From the NCBI RefSeq assembly GCF_001949145.1, contig NW_019091355.1, positions 866,083 through 930,082 on the forward strand: a stretch of 64,000 nt of DNA, written 5' to 3'. The notes beneath the pieces are model-generated. The model worked only from the letters and a program-made list of their open reading frames with translations. It searched no databases and had not been told where the DNA came from. Below, piece by piece: positions 33,029-45,400 of the stretch (positions are counted from its first letter, which is position 1; every line of letters starts with the position of its first letter). The position numbers were made by a program, and so were the translations under genes. The DNA comes from Acanthaster planci (lineage: Eukaryota).

Positions 33029-33496
33029 TAGAGCTGTGCCGAATATCCGAATATTCCATCGATTGTCGAATATTCAAGTATTACTTTTCAAATTTGAACG
33101 TTCGAATGCAAAATGCATGAAAATTTTCTTTTGTTTTAAATGAGAAAAAATGCACTATGGAGGCTTGTTTCAAGCAGATTCAATTGAAAAGTGTCAGAAA
33201 TCTTACGATTTAAAAAAAATATTCACTAAACAATTTAAAAGGAACAGACATTTTCAACAAGGCAAGAAGTCTTATTTATCTCTTAAATCTTGCTAAATCA
33301 TGGCTGGAGATACTCCTCGATGTGAGAAGCTATTATATTGATCATAATGTACAATTGTGTGTGTTATTTCAACTGATTTTGTAATATGGTTTGTTCATTA
33401 ACAATCTGTCAGTTGGTACGACCGAATATATGGATATTCGATCAAATTGAAGATCAAATATTCAAATAATGAATTATTTGAATTGACTCGGCCCTA
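33029..33496. mobile_element. hAT-like MITE with 8-bp target-site duplication
   Basis: Termini TAGAGCTG / CGGCCCTA, subterminal cgaatat/atattcg repeats, and flanks ttctcaac (33021-33028) and ttttcaac (33497-33504). Confidence 0.65.
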
Positions 33497-36275
33497 TTTT
33501 CAACTCCTCACACCACCAGCTGATCATTTTCATCTCTGCTCATTCCATCTGCTGGTTGCTGGAAGGACCCCACCCTTTTTGGGCCATGTCTCGCAGCCAT
33601 TCAGCTTTGAGTTTACACCCACAAACCCACAGAGTGAATTTATCAACAGTTTCTTTCATAAAAGTTCTTTTCACTATATTGTTCATATTTACTTAAAGGC
33701 TAAAAGGCAACCAATAAAGAAGTCTGAAGAGAAAAGAAGGCCTTCACTTCAATATTTGTTTCTGTTCTTGTCTCGGTACTGCGCATATAACATGCATTGT
33801 GTGAAGCAACATATGGGCTCATTTTTTCCCCAAAGGCTTTTTTATAGGGGGGTGGGGATTTGTCAGTAGTGGTCTACTTTGTCGTTTTAAATAAAGACTC
33901 AGTGTGATTTAGTATCTTAATTCTAGCAAACTAGGAAAATTGTTTTGAAATAAACCAGTCTCTAGAATGAATCACTCATGAGTAAACTGACTATGTCTTT
34001 TGTGTGTCAGGTGAAAGGCTCTGGATTATTTTCAAAACCCTCGTATTTACCTTCAAATGTAATTATCATTATGAATTTTACTTTGCTTTAACAATTCATT
34101 TTACCCTCCAAATCATTTTAATTGTTAGACATGATAAGTACATTTATTGTACAATTAGCGTAAGACTGGCAAGAATAAATTCCAGTTAAGTTTGTTTAGG
34201 AAGTCGCTGTTCTTTGTCTTTCATGTTATGTGAAGACCCATGCTATGGTTACATCATAATTAAATGAATGATAAGAAAAAGGTTTCTTTTTGGCATCTTC
34301 CGAGAGAGTATGTGTAATAGGCTAGTTTGTGAGATTTTTAACCAGTTTTATAAAACTCCCCTTAATTTTACACAGCTGCAGCTGACTTGATATTACTACG
34401 GTACATCCATAGAGGTTGAGGCTCTGTAACATGATTTTGAAAGAAAGCTAATTTAGTATAGCGTACCCAAGTTGGAATGCCCTTGTTTTTTGGACGGTGA
34501 AATTATCCTTAGCTTCTTCAGTGTCAAAAATACCTGGTTAGATTTCGACCAAGACAGAATCAATAAATTCTTGCCTTTGCTGGTTCATCTCGGGGCTTGA
34601 CGTCTCATGGTTTCATACGCACATGTACATGTATATGAAGAATGTGCTACTTGGTTGTCACACACAATTGGGTTCTGTAGGATTGAGGAAGGGTTCCACG
34701 AAAAGTGTAAGGCAATCCGGTTAAATTTGCATTGTCTCAGAAAAACATTTTAGATGGTGTATTTTGACATGAAACATGATTTTTTTTCTTTTCTTTTCAG
34801 GTGGTGCATGTTGTTCTCCGTTCAAGATAAAAGGTCAGCTTCACTGTCTTTGTAGGAACACAATTTAAAACTGTACATTCTGATATAAGCAAGGAAATCA
34901 ATTCATTTTGACCTCACTTTCATTTTCCAAGAGCAGTGACAAATGCAATGTGCCTGGAATGAAGTTTCTTGGAAAAGAAAAAAGCCTGATTGTACAGTTT
35001 GCTAACTTTTCTCTGAGTAAATTCAGTTTTTGAAGCTACATGGCATGCATTTCTTCATTTATATTTGAAGGAACAGTAGGTTTTAGTTTTCTCATAATTT
35101 TGATAATGCACTGAGTAAGCTCTCAAATATGAAAGTCTTAGTAATGGCACAATTTCCACTTCATTTGTTTTTATTTTTCTTTCTCCAAACTCTTTCTATT
35201 AATTTTGTTCATCCCGCCGCTGAAATCCTCCTACCATGGTGATTGGCAGAGACTCCACCCACCCAACTGCACCATCCTTGTGATACAGTCTGACAGCAGC
35301 ATCGACATGAACCACAGTGTTGCCAGAGAGTGCTTGGCTGTGAAAAGTCGGTCTACAGAAATAAAGGTTCTAAATCATTGAAGTTGGGTTTAACATGATC
35401 AAAAATTAGTGAGCAACAGGCAAGATATTCTGACGGAGGAAGCTGAAATAACTTTTCTTAACCTAAATTTTTGACTTTGGATAAAGTTCATATTGTATCA
35501 TAATGTGTCCGATTTTGGGGAGTTCTCAGTGCCAAACTATTGTACCAAAATACATGTGACATATTTCACTGTGTAAAGAATTTTGTCCAGTATTTCTCAG
35601 ACAGTAACTCATCAGGTTACATGTGATCATTATACATTTAATTAGACACTTCCATTGTGGCCTGAGCATTTTGAAAGCAATTCTCAAAACTAGTTACAAT
35701 ACTTGTCAAACAATCATTACTGTCAACCATTTGTCTCCATGACATTGACTGGTTAATTGCTGCTGGAATGGCATTATCATATAACAATGTAACACTCTGT
35801 ATATTTGCGCATATACCGATTGTTACAATCATTAAAAGACTTCTTGCCCAAACCAGGAGAAAGCATGCTACCAGTCACACAGGTAAGCTGGCAACCTGTT
35901 CACTCTAAATATATCAGTTATTCCCAATTTCTTTTTAAATTACGGGTTTACTATGATTTGATGCTTTAGTAATTTCTTTCTTTTTGTTTTGATAACCAAG
36001 CCTTTTTTTATATTAGAATATGTAATTTGAATTTTATTGCATTTTACAAACGTCATACTTTTTACCTTAAAGAAGCACTCTATTTCTTCCCAAATATGCA
36101 CGATGTAGTTTGTGCTAGTAGGCTTACATGTAAATATTTATTAAGTTAAATTTCAATCGTCCAAAAATGCAATATTGCATGGTAATTTACTCGCTGCAAT
36201 TTCACCTTCAACTTTGTAAACTTCTGCAACCTTTTTTTATGTATTACTGACCACAGGACATTTGTTTTGAAATAT

Positions 36276-36830
36276 TTACAGAAACATTCCTCCCTCACCA
36301 ATGGCAAAANNNNNNNNNNNNNNNNNNNNNNNNNNNNNNNNNNNNNNNNNNNNNNNNNNNNNNNNNNNNNNNNNNNNNNNNNNNNNNNNNNNNNNNNNNN
36401 NNNNNNNNNNNNNNNNNNNNNNNNNNNNNNNNNNNNNNNNNNNNNNNNNNNNNNNNNNNNNNNNNNNNNNNNNNNNNNNNNNNNNNNNNNNNNNNNNNNN
36501 NNNNNNNNNNNNNNNNNNNNNNNNNNNNNNNNNNNNNNNNNNNNNNNNNNNNNNNNNNNNNNNNNNNNNNNNNNNNNNNNNNNNNNNNNNNNNNNNNNNN
36601 NNNNNNNNNNNNNNNNNNNNNNNNNNNNNNNNNNNNNNNNNNNNNNNNNNNNNNNNNNNNNNNNNNNNNNNNNNNNNNNNNNNNNNNNNNNNNNNNNNNN
36701 NNNNNNNNNNNNCAGAAACATTCCTCCCTCGCCAATGGCAAAATTTAATTTACAGAAACATTCCTCCCTCACCAATGGCAAAATTTCATTGACAGAAACA
36801 TTCCTCCCTCACCAATGGCAAAATTTAATC
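36276..36830. repeat. 39-40-bp minisatellite spanning an assembly gap (N 36310-36712)
   Basis: The unit acagaaacattcctccctcaccaatggcaaaatttaattt occurs on both sides of the N run. Confidence 0.9.
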
Positions 36831-38378
36831 ATTGTATTCTTCCTCTCCCAAAAGCTTGAAATCTGTTGCAGTGATAAAAAAGGACCTTTTCACTGTTTCA
36901 CCTGCAGATTATGATCAGAGCTGAAATCATTCCACTCTGGGAGGGGGACTTGATTTTAAACTGGAGAGGACATTTATGCCTTATTGATGGTATATCAATT
37001 TTGCTTGATACTCTTTCCAGGTTTGATGTAACTACAGTAAAATCAGACGAGCCTCAAGGAGCCTGAAGCTGCAAGAGTGTGTGATGGGATTTGAGAATCT
37101 CAAATGGTTCTGGTAACAGCATCCCTTCTCTCCTTAACAAATAGATGTTGCTTTGAGTTATCCAACTACAGCTTACACCTAATGAGGATGCCAGCTTAAG
37201 CTCAAACAGAACCTGTCTGTGTAGATGTACTGACATTTGTCCACAAAGTTACAAATTTCAGTTTCACTTTTTCTAAGTATGAGATCAATTTAATTTACAA
37301 TAGTTGCAACTGCCAGACGTTTGGATAAATCAGATGTGGAATTTTTATTTTGAGTTATTTTACTGTAGAATTGAGCATTCAGTCTTTTAATGACTTATGA
37401 TTTGTGCTTCAATAAAATTATTTCCCCCATTCACTGCTTTGTCTCATTGCATTTTAATATTCATCATAAAGTGTGGATAATTTGTAGCATCAGAACCAGC
37501 ATATGGATAAATAAAGTTGCAGATGCCTTCTAAAAACGTTGATTTGCTCAGGCTTTTGGTGGTATTCCACGCCAGCTGAGTTGATCATGGCACGTGCGTT
37601 TGTAGTCATTTACTGTGTACAGCTGACCCAACCAGTCAATTTAATGGAGTGCGATGGAATGATCACAGAGTTCTGTTCAACTGTAAATGATAGACCAAGC
37701 GATCAGAATCGATTAGAAAAGAAATGCTCAAACGTTTGAGACTAAATTCTAAGCAGAGTGTTTATAACATTAATTTCAAGACAAACCCACACATTAACAT
37801 GCCAGGAATAAAGGGTAAGTTGGATGGATTTTTTCCTGGGGGGGGAGTGAGTAGGCCAATGTGCAGCAATTTTGATTACTTGAAGTACATGCCTTAAACT
37901 AATTCCGTTTTTAGTTTACAGACCATAATTGGGTTGTCAGAAAAGTGTGGATTGAAAAGGGAAAAAGAAATTGGTGAAATTTGAAGATTTACCATCAATC
38001 GTATAGGGAGTTACAAGTTGGTTTTAAGTGGGACACATCTTGTGTTCTGTGCAGGTACTTGGTGTTGACATTTGTCAAGACAAGTCGAAGCCATTAGTAG
38101 TAAATGTTTTATAGCCTTATGTCTCATTTTAGATGATTGCCATGAAGCATTTGAACATCCTGCCTGACACCATACAATGGACAAGTGCAAAAAAGTTGGC
38201 ACTAAGTTTGTCATGGCAAGAGGAATTCTTCATTTACGCACGAGTCAAAATTTTAAGGTATTTTGAATATGAAATGTATTCTATTCTTAATCAAATTTAT
38301 GTTTTAAACTTTCTGGCCCAAAAGGAGAAGCCAAATTTTATTTTGGGGCATAAAAATGTGGTTTTAATCCTCCAAACT

Positions 38379-38499
38379 GTAACCCTCACCCCTAGAGTGT
38401 ATGTAAAATCATATTGAAATCGGAGGATTTGGGACTTTCAGGGTTAACCCTAACCCCCTATAGTGTATGTAAAATCATTGAAATCGGAGGATTTGGGAC
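38379..38499. repeat. Tandem duplication of about 60 bp
   Basis: Two near-identical copies of taaccctcacccctagagtgtatgtaaaatcatattgaaatcggaggatttgggact. Confidence 0.85.
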
Positions 38500-38898
38500 T
38501 GTTGGGGATAATCAATGCACTGCCAATCACTTCATTGAAATTAAAATTAATGTTTCAGGTTGTACAAGATATGTAATCCACAAAATCTTGAAATTCATGG
38601 TAATTAAAGCAATTGAAACTTATTGTAAAACTGCCAAAATTGAATGTCTTTTGGTAAAAACAAACTACCTTATCTTTATACTTGTACCATACAAATTAAA
38701 TTTTGGCTGAAGTGTTCACGGGTGAATATGCTGTAGGAATAAAATGAATATTAATGAATTGAGCTATGTAGCAATTTCCTGTTGAATATTCATTGTTCAG
38801 TTTTGTTATGTAAATGAGTTATAAGGGTCATCCTCATTTCCTTTTTTTGATTGCGCAATCTAAACTTTAAATATAAGTTCCGAGAACATTTTTTCGAA

Positions 38899-39105
38899 GA
38901 AGCCTGTGGCCTAGTGGGCTAGCCTGCTGTCCGCCAGGCTGACGGGTCCCCGGTTCAATTCCGGCCGGGGACCCAGGGAGAGGATTTTTTACTCTCTGCA
39001 GTGGTGATTTAAAAAAAAGAAATAAAATGGTAGCATGGCTGGGACTAGAACCTGGGACCTGCTGACTAGCAGTCTCTCTTCTTTTCCGCTAGGCCACGGC
39101 ACTTT
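38899..39105. mobile_element. Pair of convergent tRNA-like (Pol III A/B box) units
   Basis: Plus strand TGGCCTAGTGG..GGTTCAATTCC (38907-38962); minus strand TGGCCTAGCGG..GGTTCTAGTCC (39096-39042). Acceptor stems do not pair well. Confidence 0.55.
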
Positions 39106-42100
39106 CTTGAAAAACTCTACGGTTTTCGTAATTATAAACCTTAGGTTGTTTATACTTAGAAATTTTTCAGCACTGACCAGATTTCCAGATGGCAAGGGGT
39201 ACCCCTTGGCAAATTGGCCAGATCTGAGGTTCTGAGGCTGGGAGGCAGAGAGGTGGAAGAGCTGGAGGGTTGAGACCCTGAAGGGGTAGGCTTGGAACTT
39301 TGGAGGAAATGGACTGCTACTTAGAGTTCTGATAGCTGATGGGGTGAAGGATTTGGTGGTAGGGCTAATGGAGCTCAGGGGCCATGGATCAAAGAGTTGA
39401 TGAAGTTAAGATAGCCTTGGAGTTGGTGAGGATGTGGGGGCTCAGCAATGCTGGGGCTTAGACTAAAGGTTTAAGACTAGTCCTGAAAGTTAACATTAGG
39501 AGTCTAAGATTAAGATTTGCAAGCCAGTCAGAGGCTGTATTAAGATAGGGGCTTTCTCTTGAAGTTAGAGGGCCACAGGGTGAAGTCTATCAAACACAGA
39601 TGACATCAGGCTTTGAGTAATTCACCCACACTGAGTGGAATCCTATTGTGCAGCTCTGAAGGCAGAAGGCTGCAGGGATACTGGTTGCTTGTCCCTGCAT
39701 GTGTGACATGTGTGACTCTTGGCACAAGGGTCTCGCTGTAAGCCGGTTGAAGGGCCTTCCTAAGTTGGTTGAGAAGTTTGCTGTTTGAGTACCTTTTTCA
39801 TGCTTCAGTGGTTCTTTTGATACATTGCCCTCTGTTGTCCACAATATGGAAAGCTTTTTGTGGCAGTCACATGATAGTCTGGTGCCACTTTAAACTGACT
39901 GGTTCTTCAGTTTTCTATGGAACACTCTTTAAGGTGGGTGTCTTCTTTTTTTACAGCTTGACATTAGAATACATTGTACTACAAACCATCAAATGAACTG
40001 CCTTCTGGCCTATTTGGCAAAACTTTAATGTAATTACCATTCATTACATCACTGACCTGCTTTGACTAGATACGATTCAAAGAAATAAGCTTAACTTGAC
40101 ATGGGTCGTCTGCAAATGTAAAACCTATGTACACTAAATTGTACAAAAATGACGCAACTAATGAGTTGTACTATGCAAAATAGTGTTTAACATTATGCAA
40201 CAGAGGGTTACAGAAAGCAGAAAACTCATTGATCAAATATTGGGCATGATCACAGACTGAGAGCGTATTGAACTTCCAGAAAGAGTTTCACATGATATAC
40301 GGACAACACTTGAAGCCCTGTGCACAAACCTACGAGAATTGTCGGAAAATCTTAAGTGTTTTCTAAGTAAATGTGCCAGATTCTCCTCAGCAAATTTTCA
40401 ATCTTAGGACATGTTTCACTTTCTGACGGCTGTTACAACATTTTACAAGAAAATTACTGTTGTCCATGTATGGAACTCTTTATGAACGTTCCATAGTAAG
40501 CTATTCAACTACATGTACCAGTTTGATACTCTGAACTTGTCCCAACAACCGCTTGGTGTCCAATTCCACGTTTCGTTTACTCCATTCAAACTGATTACCT
40601 GATTATCAACCTTACAGAAATTTCTCTTCCATAATCCTTCTCTGCATGACATGTATTTAAGTTCATTCGTGGGGGACAGCGACATTATTTAAAATGTCAG
40701 ATTTCATTACATACTAAGTGTCCCCTTGGCTACCCAAAATTAGTGTCAATGGCCTTACTGGTTAGCAAATAGTTAGCAAAGTTGGCCTAATATAACGATA
40801 TATAACAAGAATATTTCAAAAAGGTCTATAATAATCACACAAACAGAACATGTAAGCTGCAAATTAAAACAATTTTCTTTACATCCTTTTAGCTGTTACT
40901 AATGGAAACAAAAAAGCACTCCTCACATCATCTAAATTAAGTTTGTTTTAAAGTCACTGACCGCATCATTGTGCTTGCAACAAAAAAAATTAAATTGAAC
41001 AGTTGACCTTAGACAAGAGCTTGTCCTCAAAAAAACTCCTTGCCTTCAACCCATTATATATGTGTATCAACTTAATGTTAATATGTTAACTGTTAATATA
41101 CACTGGGCCTACAAGTTAGCCTATTTGAGGTTTGGCAGCACAATAAGAGGGCGCTATTCCGGCCTGTCCTCAACAGTAAAAAGTGTAAGCATGAAAAATA
41201 TCTCATGTGCCCTTCCAAATGTACCCACTTCAAATACTGCCCTCTTATTGTGTTTGCCATGCTTCAAAAAGGCTAATGCATGTTAACATACACAGTGTAT
41301 TACCAATACTGTCCACGGAAGGCCTAACGTAATAACACATTTGATAAAATCTTACCGCCATCTATAAAAACCGTTCAATATTTTGTACAACTATGCATAA
41401 AAATACATGTCAAATAAACTATTAATATAATTACAGATATACTACATTCAAGTCACCTTCCAATTCCCCAAGGCAATAAGCAAAACTTTTAATTTGCCAC
41501 ATTTTGTTTCCAATTTGGTCATTAATTTAAGTCAACATTACTTTAAAAATTTATACTGCACTGACTTTATCCAAAAACCCAAAGATAAAACAAAATACTT
41601 TATGAGAGCATTCTACAGACAGATATATGCAAATAATTCCAAATATATATATAAAACTTGATAACGTTTCAACCCACACCACATACAAGTACTTTCAAAG
41701 TACTTCACAATACACAAAGGTTTCAGATTGCTCAAGTTTTGTAAGCACTATAACTCGAGATAAATCAGCTATTTCCACATAGTTCTGTTTTGGTTAACCG
41801 GTAACAAATTACTGTAGATGCAAAAAGGTATTTTAATGCCATTTGGTTTTATGCTAATGAGTAATTTCCATATTCATGAGCAAAACTGACGTCATCTCAG
41901 GAAAAAGCCTCAATGTTATATTGGTTTGTGCAAAGAAAAGTCCTGCATTTTTGTAGATTTTCCTGGATTAAGTTTTCTCTTCTTTCCTGATTCATTGTTG
42001 GTTATGTGCATAGCAATAAGAAACTATCAATTCCTCTCCAAGAAATGTTTTCAGTTAGTAAATTCTTGGTTCTTAATTTGAACAGAAACACCTGTGCACT

Positions 42101-42484
42101 GAACCATGTCTTTCCTTGATGATGTCACAGCAACAGCGCCCTCAGTTGTCCAAGGAAACAGATAGTTTTGATTCTGTAAAAGTGTGCACTTTTCAATGCA
42201 TTCAACCAAATAGGAGTATGTAACAGTTTTCATACATTGAAGAAAAGTACAGAGGCCGAAAAACTACGTCAAAGAAAGACTCACTGCAGCTACATTTTAC
42301 ATCTGAGAATTGCCAATGACACTGTTTTAAATACACAACTTGGATCTGAGAGAAAAAACAAGGTTACAGCACGGACGCAACATATTTTCATCTTGGATTG
42401 TGAGTGAACGTGACTCAAACATACCAAGATTTCCGAGCAGTATAGTTAAACATGCATTGTGAGACAATGATGGATGCAGAAACA

Positions 42485-45400
42485 CTAAAGACGTGATTCT
42501 TCATCCAAGTAGTTGTCATATCCACTGTTGGTGAAGCCGCGAGTTGTTTTCACAGATCGCCTTACCTCCCGCTCTTCAATGACCTCATCGGCGTCATCCT
42601 CCTCGTGCGTAAAGTTCATCAGGCTGGTTTCAGTTGCCCTCTTGGTGGCGCTGTGTCCGGATGAAGCACCCTCGCTGCTGTCCCCTCTGACGTTGTAGAC
42701 GTACGTTTTCCCGGCCCCCTCTTCGATGGATGATGTCTCCGATTCATCTTCTTCCAGCATTTCTGGTGTCTCCTCTGTCAGGGTCACCATCCCGATACTG
42801 GTGGCCACACCAGCTGAGTAAGTCTTGGAGTTGGCGCGGCGGGAGAAGCTTGACGACTCGGACTTGCCAGGACCCTTGACAGAACGGGAGTAGCTCTCCT
42901 CAATGCTGGTGGAAGTAGTGTAATTCTTCATGGGGTCAGGGTAGTCTTTAGAAGAGTAGCCAGAGGTGCGATTGCGGTCAAGAGTCCCCGATCCAGCGTA
43001 CCTCGCTCCAGACCTCTCACTGTCTCGCGTCCAGGAGGACCATGAAGATGCTGTGTCTTCCTCCGTGATGGGGCTGAGCTGGTTGTCGAATTCCACCTGT
43101 TCCCGGTAACTTGCTCTTGCAGCTGCCAAGCTGGTCTGGTCTTGGTATGCTTCGTCCAGGAACGTGGCCTCCACACCTTGGTCCTCATCAAGCATCTGCC
43201 GGATCTCCTGGGCCTTTTCGCTGGTAAGCTTCTTACTGGTGGATGGTCTCACCCCGTCACCACTGAAGCTAGCCGTGGAGTAGCTGTAAGTGGCACCGGA
43301 TGCTGAATATCCACCGTCCTTGCCGCTCAGGCTGGCCGTAACAGACCCATCCCGGTTGATGCGATTAGTCAAAGTGCTGACCGACCCATCAGTATTAGTG
43401 CTGTCCATTATGAGAGGAGCCGAGGATGACACGACACGCAGCTTGCCTTGGTCTGCGCCCATGCTGACCCGTCCATTGCTGACCAACCCACCGTTAGAGG
43501 TAGTCCTGGATCGTACAGAACTTGTTTGATTGTCATTGACCATTGCTGTCATGACCAGAGCATCCTTGGCAACCTCTGCGTGGATATCCGAGAAGAAATC
43601 CATGCTTGCTTCCTGTAATTCACAAAACAAAGCTTCTAGCTGACAACAAGTCTGGCTGGTTTATCCCTTCCTCAAAGTGAGACTTGCAATATGAGCCTAA
43701 AAACATATCGCTCCTTTTTCTGAGTTTGTAAAATGAACCTTTCCGCACATTCATTTTGATGTCAATGTCATCAACCAGTTTTATGAATTCAATGGTCAGC
43801 ATTTGAAATTTGGAGAAGCAGACAAGACATATTCGTACCTGTGATTCATACTCTCTAGCTGCTCCTCCACCGAGGAGAGAGATACTGTCAGGCCAGTCGT
43901 CAGGGATACCACCTTCTGTTTCTAGCCACAGCGGGTTGGACCTACGAGGAAGGAGACAAGAAAAGCAGAAATGAAAGCAGAGCTGTTCACTGCAATTCGG
44001 TGGTTTAGTGGTGAAGTCCCAATGTCTGAATACAGGACGAGTGATCCCCTTAGAGTCCAGTCAGATTTTGACCAGACAAGATGAAAGCTTTGTGGTGCTA
44101 AGAAATGCAAATACAGCCATCAAGTGAAGGAGTTGTCATAGTTACCCTTGGTAGGTAGCGGTGTCCTTCACATTAGCATCGGCTCTTGTTGCGTAGATCA
44201 CAGCTGGGCTGTTTCCATGGATCTTCTTCAAATATCTATTGCAGAATAAAGAGAATCACATTTTCACATTTGCCGGTGGCTTGGAATCCAACTTAGACAA
44301 ATGAGTTGAGCACTTATTCCTTACGCCATTCTGGGATTGTGTTAAAATTTGTCTTTTTTTACGGGCAGAGGAAGATCATGAAAAGCAGTCTTGTGACCAA
44401 CATTTGCTCAGTAGAGGGCCAATGGGATTGGAATGGCATGGGGGTTCCCCCCCCCCCCACGGAGAGAAGCCTTGGACTCACTTTCGTTGCAAGCAGCACA
44501 GGATAATGATGAAGATGAGAGCTCCTAGGAACAGCAGCAAGGCAATGGCTAAGAGAGCAATCTCAATAATGCCGAAGCCTGCACCACCAACACCACCCAT
44601 CAGAGCCTAGGAAAAAAAAACACACACAAATGAAATCAGTCCATCATCAATATCCTTGCATGTTTGCCTTCTGTTTAGCTCTCAAACACAGTTTACTACT
44701 GACAAGGAAAGAATATTCGTGTCTTGGTTACTTTGATTAATATACTTACATATACATCAACAACGCCATACTGTTGGAATAACAAGCTGATGCTCTTACT
44801 ATTCTCGTCAATCAACCTGTGGAGGGAAACAGAAATAATAGGGGAAAGACAACACTGTTAGTTTTTTAGCTTGCAAGATGAAAAGCTGAACACATGAAGA
44901 CAGTCACAGAAACTGACTAATATTGTTACAGTTTCAAATCGGAGGTTGAAATGGCAACAAAGCAAACTTCACGTCTTCCTGAGTCTGAGACAAACAGGGG
45001 GGGGGGCATACTTCAAACCAGACTTCAGCTCAAACTAGAAAAGAATTCTAAATTTTGGCTCCAGAGATCTTTTATTTAGGACATTAGACCTTTAAAACCA
45101 CTTTGCCTATCATTCTCTGTGCTGCCCTCAAATGTCCCATAGTCCTTTGTTTAATAGATTTATCAGACAACAAATACAACATGGCCCTATGTCACAATGT
45201 CCTGACGCAGTGAACAAGTTCTAGCTACAAATTTGTGAGTTTGAGATTGGTTTTTGGATGCGACCTCCTTCAATGTCTCACCTGAGCACGATGTCAGCAT
45301 CCATGAGGGAGTTAGTCTCTGGGTCGATGACATGCAATACAATCATAGTTTGATCCCTGACGGTGTTACCATTGGAATCAATGAAGTAGGTGATGGAGTC

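Noticed and set aside
36146..36914. Long ORFs across the N run (likewise 59386-60090)
   Set aside because: Artefacts of assembly gaps translated as X.
38899..38975. Functional tRNA gene
   Set aside because: A and B boxes are present, but the acceptor and anticodon stems do not pair convincingly.
42488..42496. C-terminal SRL as a peroxisomal PTS1 signal
   Set aside because: It ends the cytoplasmic tail of a type I membrane cadherin, so a PDZ ligand fits better.
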